Below are positions 26,649 to 40,831 of a stretch of 64,000 nucleotides of DNA, one piece after another (positions within the stretch are counted from its first letter, which is position 1; the number at the start of each line of letters is the position of its first letter). This DNA comes from Lytechinus pictus (lineage: Eukaryota): contig NC_087245.1 of assembly GCF_037042905.1 (NCBI RefSeq), positions 28,832,001-28,896,000 of the forward strand, given 5' to 3'. A program made the translations under genes and the position numbers. The notes under the pieces were generated by a model. That model had not been told where the DNA came from, made no database searches, and saw nothing but the letters and a program-made list of their open reading frames with translations.

Positions 26649-29600
26649 ATGAATGTAAGTACAAACTAATTGAGTAGAATCGTATGTATCTTTTCTAATT
26701 ACGCAACCCATGCAGTGTATAGTTGTTAAGTATAATCTTGATTTCAAACACGATGAAATCAATCTTTAAGGTTTACAATCTTATACTTTTACACATCTCA
26801 GAAGAACTTTGTTCTCCTGATATATTGATTATAAACCCCAATATATTAGTTTAGAGTATCATAAGCATAAGTTTGAATATTATAGGCATATTTATAATAG
26901 TTGTATAGCATTTTAAGCCTCCGTGTATATTGCCTTAGGTAGGAAGTCTTTACTCAGATCATTTAACAATGCCCAGGACATCGCCTAATGGTTCAATGTG
27001 GTACAAACAAGATCTTGATTGTGCTATATGTACGAATGATTAGCACAGTTACTATTTTACTCCGACAAATTAAGAGGTTATCATAAAAAGGGGTTGGGAA
27101 AGATAGTGGAATTCATTTCAAAGTAGAGAAAGCACTTGAAAAGTAAAAATCTTGCTGTTTTGTATCAATACCCTCTTTGATCTTATGAACAATTAGTTTT
27201 TATAAGACAAATGAAATGTTAAAGAATGTTGGGAATTTCGTCCCCTACACCTCTACCATGCCTACCTCCGGCTCTACCTCTTCTGCAGTACAGCATCTTT
27301 GTGAAGAAGCGTATCAGCAATAGCTGTAGATATGTTTCATTATATACATTAATAAGTAATATATATATAAAATACCTTCATAAAATCTGAAAAGAATAAA
27401 TGGCATCTCATTTAAGATTAATCTCGATTAAAAAAGTGAAGAAGATGATAGACTCTTTTTTACTCTGTTTTACTTTTACTTTTTTACTCAGTGGAAGCGA
27501 ACTTCTAGAAGCTACAACTTCAACGAAGCCTTCGTGCTGGGCGAGACTATTCCAAAAGAAAAGCATGAGGAAACCATCAGAGAGAGGTCGGAGTCGCTGT
27601 CTAGTGTCGAGGACGATGGGCCCGTGGCCAACCCGAGGGGGTTACCTACCAAAGCCGCAAGCATCGACTTCGGAGTGGACGATGATGTCGACGACGGGAA
27701 GCCACTGCGGAATTGTTCCATGGGATGTTTCGTCGTCTTTGTCGTGCTGGCCATGATGACCTGTGTGGGGATTCTTCTCTACTTCATTCTGATTAATACA
27801 GGTAAGCAATCACGTGACTCTTGTAGTGAGCATGAGAGACAGTCACACCAAATGAAACCGACTCCAAAGGCACCGATGGTATATCATTGGAAATAACGTA
27901 ATAAATGTGTGGCATAATGGTGCCATTAATGTATTAATGGTAATGATTATTCAGGTATGGATGATGAAATCAAGAAAGAGAGAGAAAGGGAGACAGAGCG
28001 AGAGAGAGACACACACAGAGTTGGCACGTTTTAAACGGTGTGTTTTAAAACATGTTTTAAAACGCGTTTTAAAACACCCTTTTTTTTAATACAAAAAACG
28101 TGTTTTAAAACACCGCATAGGATTGTGTGTTGTAAATTTGCATGGATGTGATTTTAGATGAATGATTTTTTTTTATATACTTTTTGTGTTTTCTTTCTCA
28201 ACACCACTCTCTTTCTCTTTCCTTCTTCTCCCTTTCTCCATCGCTTTGTCATGTTTCTTTCCTTTCTGTTCAATTGTACAGTGCGTCCCAGAAAAAACGA
28301 AACCGAGATTTAGCGATGATTTATCATAACTTAATCACAAATAAAATAGACAAATGACCTACCAATGTAAAGCTTAGAATTTCCTCTTTCATCTGATATT
28401 ACTTAAATTATTTCTCCTTCTCGCATGAGTGAGCAAAAACAATTTGAAGAGGGGATGCCAAAAAGTCATTTGGCGGGGGGTATATGAATTTCAAAAAGAA
28501 AATCACATGTCTTAAAAGTTCAATATCTGCTCTTTAATTTGATACCTCAATTAAAGAAAATGGTCAAGAAATAAGAAAGTTCTGGTTATTTGAAATAAGG
28601 CTTGAATTTCCATAATTTCATTAAATAAACTGTTTTCACCGGTTTCCCACAGAAGCTATCGCATGGTTAACAACAGACCTTAATGCATGGCTGATCGTAA
28701 ACAAAACGGAGTGTCGAGTGGGTTTGAACGCTAGCCTGTAAAACCTCTTCATTTTATGAAATTATTGAAATTCAAGCCTTATTTCAAATAACCAGAACTT
28801 TGTTATTTCTTGACCATTTACTGTAATTGAGGTATCAAATTAAAGAGCAGATATTGAACTTCTAAGACATGTGATTTTCTTTTTGAAATTCATATACCCC
28901 CCGCCAAATGACTTTTTGGTATCCCCTCTTCAAATTGTTTTTGCTCACTCATGCGTGAAGGAGAAATAATCGAAGTAATATCAGATGAAAGAGGAGATTC
29001 TAAGCTTTACATTGGTAGGTCATTTGTCTAATTTATTTGTGATTAAGTTATGATAAATCATCGCTAAATCTCGGTTTCGTTTTTTCTGGGACGCACTGTA
29101 TACATCAATCCATATTAAGAATATTCTCATTTTAACAAATATATCTGAGTGTTGTGCTCACTTTTTGGAAAGGAAAAGAAACACTATTTAAAATATGCTC
29201 AAATACATGTACATGTAGTAGTAGTACTTGAATGAAATTGAAGTGTTGCACAAGCATAATTATATTTAACAAATAGACTGTAAAACTGACATCGTACTCT
29301 TGAGGTACGCACGAAAGCAGGATTTTTGCATTTTGTGAGGATGAAGAAAAAAGTACTTTAAACAGTATATGATAATCAGCTAGCAAACTTTAACTCTAAC
29401 AATCACAGGGGACCTTAATGGCCCCTCAACATTTTTTTATGATAAATCCATAAACACGACAAGGCCACGCCATATTGTTCAAGACTATTTTTTGAGTGCA
29501 TGCATGTGTATGCAATTATGATATCATACAACAAGTGCGTGTCAGCCCGCGAATTGCTCAAAAACGTGATTCATTTCATGTTTAGAGCCAATTGTGAATT

Positions 29601-32600
29601 CTCGCCAAAATTAGTATCTTTATCATTATTTTTACTTTTGTTAATGATTGGAAAATTGTTGCCAATAATTTCCATTCGAAAACAATGTTTAAAAAAGTAA
29701 ACAAACTGTACATGAGGAATTTGGCATAATTGATTCAAATGAAATAAGGCATATTGATTTAATGAAATTAAGCTCTGAAACCCCATAACCTCATTCTCTT
29801 CCATTGTGCAATTTTTTCTCTCCCCCCCCCCCCCAGTTTGACGATACTCAAAATACCCCGGGACTTCATGTATATGTATGAGGAATAAACTTATAAAATG
29901 TCAACTTACTTTAATATTCTTTTTCTTATGCATTCAATTTCCATGATTTAATAATTTGGGGGAAATATGAACTTTTCTGTTGAAAATTCAGTAACAAAAA
30001 TTGTAGTCATCTTTTACTTACTCCAAAAATGTATTTAAAACATCAAAAGCTTGAATCAGGCTGTATAGTTTAAATGATTTAAAGAAAATTACATTATTCG
30101 TGGAAAAAAAACGTTTGAAAACAATAAAAAACGTTTACGTGTTTTTTTTTAATAAAAAACGTTTTTTATTACAACCCTGGACACACACATACTGAGGAAA
30201 AGGAAGTAAGTAACAAAAGAGAGATTTTAAAAAAAGCCAAAGATCAACAAAATCTTTAGGAAGAAGTAGGAGAAGAAGCAGCCAAGCAGGAAAATGTTTG
30301 CAACAACAATAGAGAAGAGGGAGATAAGTTTAGGAAAATAGAAAAAGGAAGACTAAGAAAAGAAAGACAATCTTAAGTGCTGATGATCTCACTTGCACAT
30401 GACTTGTGTGTAAAACTCTTATTTAGGCATGTGATACTTCATTCTTTGAGCCAACTCGCGATCTCTGAACTGAAACCACTGTCTACTTGCTCATTATGCA
30501 AAAAAAGACTTTGTACCATGTTTAACAAAGAAATATTAATGCAAAATGTGTCCCCTTCTGAAAGCATTCGACTTATTTATCCAGAAAAAGATGGAATTCC
30601 TCTGGATAACCAAATCTTCTTAGAGACAAGTTAAAGAAGATTAAGATTAAAAGCGCCTTTCCCCCATATATGCATTATACCTTTGTGGGAATTTGCAAGT
30701 TCAATTTCCTCTTTGCATTTTTTGTATGTTGACAGTAATCGTGTTATCCTAATACAGGAATTATTTTTCTACTCTTGTGATCTATGGCCTAAGGATAAGA
30801 ATGGTTCATTAAATATTTGCAACTGTCAGGTTTATGATCATTTATTGTTCTGCAGACTTTACACAGTTGATGCAGCTATAAAACTGATAAAATATTAATC
30901 TATATTCACCCAGAACCTTCACATAAATTTCAAGCAAGCGGTCTAACTAAAGATTGTAGCTAAAAATAATGTTGTCATAAAACGTGTGCAATCTACAAAT
31001 TTCCTAGGGGTTGTTATTGACTAACATTTAACATGGAATGAAGATATACAAGTCATATCAAGGAATATTGGTGTCATCAGCAAACTGCGCCATTTCTTGC
31101 CACAGTATATTTTGATTTTACTTTACAACTCAATGATTTTGCCTCATTTAATGTATTGTAACATTGTCTGGGCGAACACATGTCCCACTAGGCTCCTTCG
31201 ATTGTTCAAATTACAAAAGAAGATTGTTAGAATATGTTGCATGTCTGATTTTAATGCTCCCTCAAAACCACTTTAAAAAAACTTAATTTCCTAAATGTAT
31301 ATCAGTTGAATCAATATCGTGTAGCATTAATGTTTATTAAACATAAACAAAATAAAGTGCCGTATAATCTCGCCTCTATGATCAAGGGTAAAATATTGAT
31401 GCACAGTTATAACACTAGAAATCCTGAAAATTATTATGCTGAAGAATTAAAAAAATGCAGCATCTTCCTTTTCTTTTAAATTCAAAGGACCTTGCATTTG
31501 GAATTCTCTTCTCCGTAACATCAAACAGATCTCATATTCAAATACCTTTAAATCCAAGCTGAAAAACATTCTTTTCAACCATCCAACATCTTAATTTAAT
31601 TTATCCCATCATATTTCCTAATTATCATAATTATGTCTATTTTATCAGTACAAGTCTTGAATTTTATATTTTACTGTCCATAGGGACTGCCTCGACAGAA
31701 CATTTGCTTTCTCTTTTGCAGCTTCCCATTTCATGTTCATTTTTATGCATGTACTGTAAATATCCTTATACAATCTTAGCCTTTAAAAAAATCTTACTTG
31801 CATCTTACTATGTATCTTTGTTTCTTTATGTATTTTTGATTTTTTTTTAATGCTCAATGTATTCTAATAGACTTGAATAAATAAATAAATGAAATGAAAT
31901 AAAACTAGTGGATAGCTTAACAAGCTTGTCATACTCTAATGCGTAAAATTTACCCAATATTAGAAAGGGGACAAGCATGTTTGCTGTGTGATTTTCCCCA
32001 TATGGGCAAAATGCAAGTTTAAAGGGTAAATTTCAACACAACATTGCGTAAATTTACAAAGTATTTGGTATCATTTTACCCACAAAGCATACATGTATTC
32101 CCATTTTCCCCAATATTGGGAAACTGTTTTTAGAGTGTAGGCATGCAGAGAAATAAGGAATCTTTTATAGAGAACATGAATTGTTTGCTAGCCTGTAATC
32201 GAACATTATGTGAGGCACCAGCTAGTCGCTAGCTAAAGTTTCTAGCTAGCAGCACTTTATAGGGTATTGACCGCTTTTGTTTCTTGCCTCATCTCTTTGT
32301 ACAGTATTCGTTGATAGTGACAGCCGGACCCTCACAGGTAAGCGTTACATTAGTTTGTTTAACTGATCTTTGAAAGAAAAAAGAAACATATGCTTACAAG
32401 CCATTTTCTTACAAGCATTAAGTAATTGTCTGGAATAAAGCATTTGCTTAAAGATATTTCCTTATAACTTTTCAAGTTAGGTGTTTTGAACTTATTTTTA
32501 GTTTTACGTTTGCACCCCTAATGAAACACTGGTCTACATCATCAACCTTGCACCTTAATTGAAAAAAGACCCACAAAATACCATCTGACTATTTTTGCAC

Positions 32601-35600
32601 TCAGAAATGCTCGTTTGCACCCGATAGATACAACTTTGCACTTTTTAGGGTGCATGATATTTTTCGTTAAAAGGTAAATGGCTCATCTCCGTAAGCTTAA
32701 GGGTGCTCAATGTACCTGTCTGCATCCTTAAAGGACAAGTCCACCCCAACCATTAATTGATTTGAATAAATAGAGAAAAATCCAACAAGCATTACACTGA
32801 AAATTTCATCAAAATCGGATGTAAAACAAGAAAGTTATCACATTTTAAAGTTTTGCTTAATTTCACAAAGCAGTTATATGTACATCCTGGTCGGTATGCA
32901 AATGAGGAGACTGATGACGTCATCCACTCACTATTTATTTTGTATTTCATTAAATGAAATATGAAATATTCAAATTTTCTCCTCATTGTCAAGTGAAACA
33001 AAGATTAATTCCTCCCTGAACATGTGGAATTAGCATTGTTTTCATACTATATGGTTCAGTGAAGTTGGTCCCTATTGTCAAATCTGTAAAAAATGAAATA
33101 TTGTATAATTCAAACAATAAAAAACAAAAGAAATAGTGAGTGATGGACATCATCGACTGTCTCATTTGCATTTCACTGAAATGTGCATATAACTGTTTTG
33201 TGAAAAATAAGCGAAACTTTAAAATGTCATAACTTTCTTATTTTACATCCGATTTTGATGAAATTTTTAGCGTTTTGCTTGTTGGATATTTCTCTATTTA
33301 TTCAAATCATCATTTTTCTGGGGTGGACTTGACCTTTAAAGGTGCAAGAATATGCACAATATTGCACTAGTTAGCCAACTATGTGGTGCTGCTATTTTAC
33401 CAATCCCCTTGGCTCAAATTTGAACCTCTATTTCTAATTGTATATGAAAGACGTATTAAACTTTAGAAAAAAAATGAATCCTGTAAACAGAAAAATATCA
33501 GAAAAAAATTACAAGAACATTGATTTGAAAACAATATATATATTCCTGAACAGAAGAACTGCAAAAATATTGTTTGGTATTGGTGAAAATTAAGCAGACG
33601 AATACATGCTTCAGCCACGTGTGCATCCATAAGCAATCGCAACTGAAATCCGAACAGCATTACTGTCCGCCAAGGGCAACTCATAAAATTTTCATAAACC
33701 CTCCCCTGCTCACGCATGCAAGTTGAGCAAAATCTATGAGCGTAAGTAAAGATTCTTATGCCATGTGCTTATAGGAAATCAATTGCTCACTGTCATCTAT
33801 TTATTCGCCTGTGGCACTAGCTGCTTTTGAAAAAAAAAAACGCTCAAGGTGGTGGTGCGTAGAAAACTAACAGGAAACATATGAATATGTGGCTGAGATA
33901 TAGCAAAAGTTCATCTTCCAACCAATTGCTTATTTTTTTGTCCAAACTGATTAGCCAAAATGATTAGAAAAATCATTTGATACTTATGCATTTGGTGCAT
34001 TGTCTTGGTATCTAGACTGCCGTAGTTGCTCTAACAGACCAATCTAATATTCTAATACTTGGCCTACAATTGTGACTCGATGATCAATTTCAAGAGTTTT
34101 TATATATCGATATCATACAACTTTTTGACAAAATAAACAACCGATGGCCTCCGCAGGGCCTCAGTCAGGTGGCCAACAATTTTTATTCAATACATCTAAA
34201 CTGTTTTCATGGGTGATGTTCCATTAACCTATGCACAGGACCATTGACAGTAGAAGGATCATTACTCTTGAATGAGACTTATCATCCAGATTTGGCCGAT
34301 CCAGAATCAACGGCATATAGAGAAATGGAAAATAAATTCACGAGTGCGGTAAGTTGCAACCCAAAGATAAGGATTCCCAATTAAAGAGAGGCGATTCTGG
34401 AAGAGATTTATTTTTGATCAGCAAGCAGCGTGATAATGAAAATTCACGTCGTTGATGATCGGAATCCGGGCTCGGTAGTTCATTCCACAATTGATTTCCA
34501 CATTGTAAAACCTGGGGTGAACTGCCAAAACGCCAGTGTTACTTTAACACCAGCCCGGTGTCTGTAAAGGAAAACGCCAGAGAGGTCTTGAAAAAAACAC
34601 AAGTTTGGCTTTGAGCTAACACCAGATAGGCATTTACATAACACCGGTTAGTGTTAAAACAACATGTTGTTCCAACACTTCGCTTGTTTTTTCCGATATA
34701 GTTACTGGGCTGGTGTTGAAATTAACACGAATGTTTTTGCAGTGTATTAAAACTGACACCAGTTGGTGTCCCTAAAGGACCACACCATTTGATGTTCAGA
34801 TTACCTCCTAGAGATTGAACATAACACCAAAGAGTGTAAAGGTATAAAGCAAATGTGTTGTATAACAGCCATACGTGTTGAACTATAAACACCAAAAATT
34901 TATACTGGAGTGGCTTGGTCCTCTTTGTAAACCACGGTTTTTAGTCATGTACAATAATAGCGAGGCATTAATTGATTGCGCATCAATAAAGTCATAATCT
35001 TCTGAATTCCCGTATACATTTGAAGGATATGTCTGTGTCTCTGACATCGAAGCCTCTGGTAAAAACTTTTAAGCGGAAGGTGAGAGGTGAGCCCCTGTTC
35101 CAGCCTCTGCATGTATCTCTGATAATTTAGAAGACCATGCATGCAAGAAACACTTAAAAATAAAAAAAAATACGATAGACCCCCCAAAATTGCCCAAAGT
35201 CTCATGGCTGTGAAATACAATCATGTTATCAACAGGAATTAATATGGATAATACTGTGTCTCCTCTACAGATGAGTGGATCATTTGGTAATAGTTCCTTA
35301 GCAGACATTTATGACAGAACGAGAGTGGAACGCTTCGAGTAAGTCAACTATTCCATAATTATTCATGTAGAGATACATCGGTAAAGCCTTTTATGATTCA
35401 TTCATAGTCACTGGTTGAGGATTCAAACCAAAATAGATGATGTAGATAACTTTTCGGCGCTTTTTTTTAAAACCTATAATTAGTGTCACTCATAAAATCT
35501 CAAAGTATGGATAAGAATAGGAAATTCACCAATATAACACAACTGATTCCGATACACAGCAACCTAAGAATATCAATCCTTTTTGTTTGAAAACAAGACA

Positions 35601-35719
35601 AAGTTGCACACCTTTATTCATTCTTAATTATGTTTGTGAACCTAAATGTCTATGACAGTATTAATTTTGGAATGTACCACTGGGATGAAGGTTGTAAACA
35701 GTCACCGAGTTCCTTTTCT

Positions 35720-35769
<50 letters not shown>

Positions 35770-38700
35770 TATATGTATCATATCATATGGAGGTCATGTT
35801 CGCCTGACCTAATCGATTTACGTAACTCCTAACTTTAACTGAACGCGAATATTTTCTTTTTCACCATGGTTATCCAGTCATAATATAATGTTTTCCTCCC
35901 TGAGAAACTCTTAACTGTTTATTTCATTTCTTTTCACCTTTCAGGCAAGGAAGCATACGAATAGTTTTCACAGTTTTTCTTTCCTCGACACCGAATGATG
36001 CTGCCTCGGAAATGGAAGTCATTGTCGACGTGCAGGTCACAGTCGGCAATGGCATCTCTTCTGGCTTCTTCGACGCTTTTGACATTTTAGAAGGCTCCTT
36101 AGAATTTACATCTGGTAAGGCAAAGTCTATATTTCAGATCTTTCATAGTATTAAATCATGTTATGTGTCAGTTCATTGAACGATAATGGAAAACCGAGAG
36201 CAAGCCAAAATAATTGGAATTGCCTTGAATCAAACTATGGAATGTTGTGACCCAGTGGGTTAGTCTCTTGACTTTGAAATTGAAGGCCAAGGGTTCGAAT
36301 CCCATCCATGGCGTAATTTTCTTCAGCAAGAATTCGATTCACATTGTCCTGCTCTCGCCCCAGGTGAGGTTAATGGGAAACAGACAGGAATTCAAACCTT
36401 AATTGAAATGCTTGTACGTTTGTAAAAAGGCTTGCCGGGATAAGGCTGGGGTAATATTCAAGTACTTTGGAAGTAGCAAGAGATGTCAAACGGTACATGA
36501 TATGCCTATACAAGAAAGAAACATTATTTTTTTCTATTATAATCATCATTATTATAATTATTATCATCATCATTTTTTATCATTACTAACATCATCATTG
36601 TTATTTATTTATTTATTATTATCAAATGAATCATTCTATAGCAGGGCCCACTGGGAGAATAGTTTTCAGAAATGAAGTGGCTTCCCTGGGTAAATAAGTA
36701 TCTATATCATTATATTATTATTATTATTCATCAAACGGTTATAATCATCTAATTTCTCCCCCAGTTAATCAAGAAAGTCAGACGATGACGACTGTCAGGC
36801 CTCCGACAACGGCCTTCGTCGAATCGACGTCAGAAACAACTGCAAACTCTACAATTCATTCTGTAACTAGTCAGGTCATATTGTCATTAAGTACATTGTT
36901 CTCAACACCCATAACATCTGTAGGAACAGTAGCACCAACAACTATACCGATCACTACTCGAAGTTTTCCACCACAAGCACCAACATTTCCAACTACCAAA
37001 GTAATTACAATGTCTTCCCAATCGATCACTAATTCATTCCCACCACCCTCAACAAGCGAGGTGGCAGCCACAGCATCAACAATGATTGATGACACAACCG
37101 GCACGGATCATCAGACAGCTCAATTGACCACCGTTTCATCATTTCCAACTGATTCACAGACTGTAGGTACCACTTTAGCAAATGTGTCTTCAGTATCACC
37201 CACGAACGTACACAACTCAACCATTCCACCGTCCACAGTCGAATCCGACAGCCCGTTAAATTCCACAGTTGCTACTACTACGTCACCTGTGATTCAATCT
37301 ACAACATCTTCAACGGAAGCAGACCATTCAAAGGGTACTTTGAATGGTACGTCAACGTTGACTACAGTTCCGGTATCACTGGCATCAGACACCACCAGGC
37401 CTTCAATCACGAGTAGAGTATCATCAGTGTTAACAACAGAAGCTGCAACAGCTACTGTATCTCCTACTAACAGTTCACTTACTACTCTGACAACAGCTTC
37501 CCAACGGTCAACCGATCCCGCCACACAAACGACCGCAGACGGCTCCACAGCCTCAAATACAACCACGAGGTCATCGCCATCAACAACCTCAGAAATGGAA
37601 GCGAATGTTACAAGACAACCAAAGATTCATCCGGCTTTACCAGGTACCTTTGAATTTCATTTGACTTTCAGATCCCCTTTGGTTGCTTCCGGTGATGGAT
37701 CTAAATCAGGGGCCTGGGAACGATATTAAGAAACAGCGGGTGATGGTTTGTTAAGTTTCGAATCCAAAATAGGCGAGGGTCATTGTCTTAATGATGCATA
37801 TCATAAAGTGATGATGATTTAAAATAAGAGGATTCTTCTTTTTCATCGGATGAATAGTCTAAACTTGTAAAGTCAGGTCCAGGTTTGAGAAAAGTAGACT
37901 GCCTTGGGCAAATCGTGTTAATGCTGAATTAAGAAATGTTTTAACATAATATGAAGGCGCTGAGTCCACATATGATGTTTGCCAACGTTGAATTTTATGT
38001 TAAAATCCTCAAAATGGCAAAACAATATGGCCGCCATTCTACAGCATTTTTTGCTCTCTTTGACCCCCCAAAACCTGCAACAAAAATGTTTGTCAACTTT
38101 TTCTGGTACTATTTGATGTCAGGAATAACATATTAAAAATTTACCGAAATCCGCATCCGGGAAAGTGGTATTTTCAAGATGGGATGGCCGCCATTCACTG
38201 AAAATTAACATTACCAACTCTTTATCCACCATAGACATCCATTTTCGATGCATATTCAATGGTATAAGGGGTAAAAGGTCTACTGATACAGGTAGAGTGA
38301 ACACTAACACTCCAGGTTACTTCGAAATCCAAGATGGCGTCCAAAATGGCCACCAAAGCCTAAATATTCACAATTCATCTATTGCATATTTTTGTGTCTT
38401 TAATTTTGGTTTTATTCAATGGTTGTTTTAAAGGCCTAGTAGTAATTTGGGGCAGGAAACAAGGACAGTCAGCGGTCCAATATGTGTAAAAATCCAAGAT
38501 AGCTTTTAAAATTTGAGTCTAAAATGGCTGTTGTTATCTAAATCCGCCTGGAAAATATGATTTTGGTGTCTGATCAATGGTTTAAAGGGTCGTATATTGC
38601 ATTTGGATAAGTTACAATGACACTCAGTGGTTCCAGTATGTCAAAAAAAAATTAAAGTGGCTTCCAAAATTGGAGTTAACAATGATTGTTGTTTGCAAAA

Positions 38701-40762
38701 AAATGACATAGTTTGTTTAATATCCGCCTGGGGTATATGATTTTGGTCTTTAACCCATGGTTTAAAGGGTCAAGTGATACATTAGGACAAGTTACAAGGA
38801 TATTCAGCGTTTCACCATGTTCAAAAATCCAAGATGGCTTCCAAAATGGAGTCTAAAATGGTTGTTGTTAACAAATATCTGGCATAGTTTGTTTGATATC
38901 CGCCTGGGATATATGATTATGTTGTCTAACCCTTGATTTAAAGGGTCAAGTTATACATGAGAATAAGTTATAAGGACAATCAATGGTCCTGTATGTCCAG
39001 AATTCCAAGATGGCTTCCAAAGGAGGAGTCAAAGATGACTGATTTTACTTACAAATTGACATAGTTCATTTATAATCCACCTAGTTGATATGATTTTGGT
39101 GTCTACATTATGATTTAAAGGGTTAAATAATAATTTTGTATCAGTTTCAATGGTATGAAGTAGTCCATTTTGCCTAAAACCTCAAAATGGCTTCCAAATG
39201 CGTCAAAAATGAGTCCTATCACATAGTAATGTGAAAAAAGATATTTGATGTCTACGCTATTGTGGTTTGAAGGATCAAATAATACATCTGGACAAATAAC
39301 AAGAATAGTCAGTTTACCTTTATGTCCAAAAAATCAGAAGTGACTTCTAAAATTACGTAAAAATTACTGCTGTTCCTGACTCATGAAACTTTAGGATAGT
39401 CCATAGTGACTCGTCTTGGAAGTATTTATCAGTGAATTATAGTACTTTTTAGGTGAAAGTGTACCCCATTATGTTTTATTTCGGGTTTTTACGTATTGTT
39501 GCACCACAGTCTAATTTTGTAACTTGTAACACTTGTTTTATGAGCCTTAAAAAATAACAGAGACATTAAAATAATGTCTCCACATGGGATAATAATGAAG
39601 TTGTGCCATTTTTGTATTAATGGTGGCCAACTTGAATGCAAATTTGCGAGCCTCCAATTTTTTGACAAAGTGGACAGCAGCGTATCCCTGTAATTAGTCC
39701 TAACCTATATCATTTGACACTTGAAATCATTGGAAAACACAAAAATGTCTCTGGTACACATTATAAGTATGCACGTTGCATCCAATTTTTAAGAAACAGC
39801 AACCATTTTTTAAGTCATCATGAATTTTTTGACAATCGGCACCACTGACAAACCTTGACAATTTTTCAATGTATAGTTTTTCACTTTGAACCATTATTTT
39901 TTTTGTTGGGGAGGGGTCTATTTGGTAGATTTAAATCATTTTGTCATATGAATTTTACACATTTCAAAATTACAACGTCCATTATATACGCCATTTTAGA
40001 AGGTCATTGGATTCTCTGACACACTCACTGCATGACAATCTTGTAAACATATTTCTTGTCTTGAAAACTTCTTGGATATAGGGTCATTCCATGCCAATTC
40101 ACCCAATGAATGTGCAATTTTGCACCCGACCCTCTCGGAATTCGTTGTAAATTGGTACACATAAAATTCACCATGGCCCACGCACAAAACAAAAAAAATA
40201 AGTCCAATTGGTCCGTCGGTTCTCGCGCTACGGCCCGCCCTTTTCTCCTTGTTTTGACAAAAATGGGCGTGACCTTCAACTTTCAATGGCCACTGCGTCG
40301 TAACGTGTTGATCAATTTTCATGAAACAGGTACCATTTATTAGGAAATTCAGAGAGGAATCCAAAACATGCATCAAATAATGTATTCGAGCGATTTATAA
40401 GGTCGTGACCTTTTACCTTTACTTTGACCTTGAGTTTGACCCCCGGACAAATAATTTTTTAACTTGATTTTCATGTATGTTAATTATTAGTATGATATTG
40501 ACAAAATATGTTAAAATCAATGATGATATTTTATTTCTTCACCTTTTAAAACTCTTCCAAAGATACCATGAAATTTCACTCTAGTCCCACATACTGATAT
40601 TCATGTTAGTAAAGTGTTTACCAGTTACATGATTTCTTCCAATCTTAAGTTACAGTATGCATGCACATGAAAAGAAATTAAGCTCATCAGTTCACAAATG
40701 AAACATTAAACATTTATGCTCATGAATAGGTATCTGTTTAGGCATTTTGATGTTGAGCAATA

Positions 40763-40831
<69 letters not shown>

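Noticed and set aside
38300..39400. CRISPR-like array
   Set aside because: Eukaryotic context, whole units are degenerate copies with no unique spacers, and there are no cas genes.
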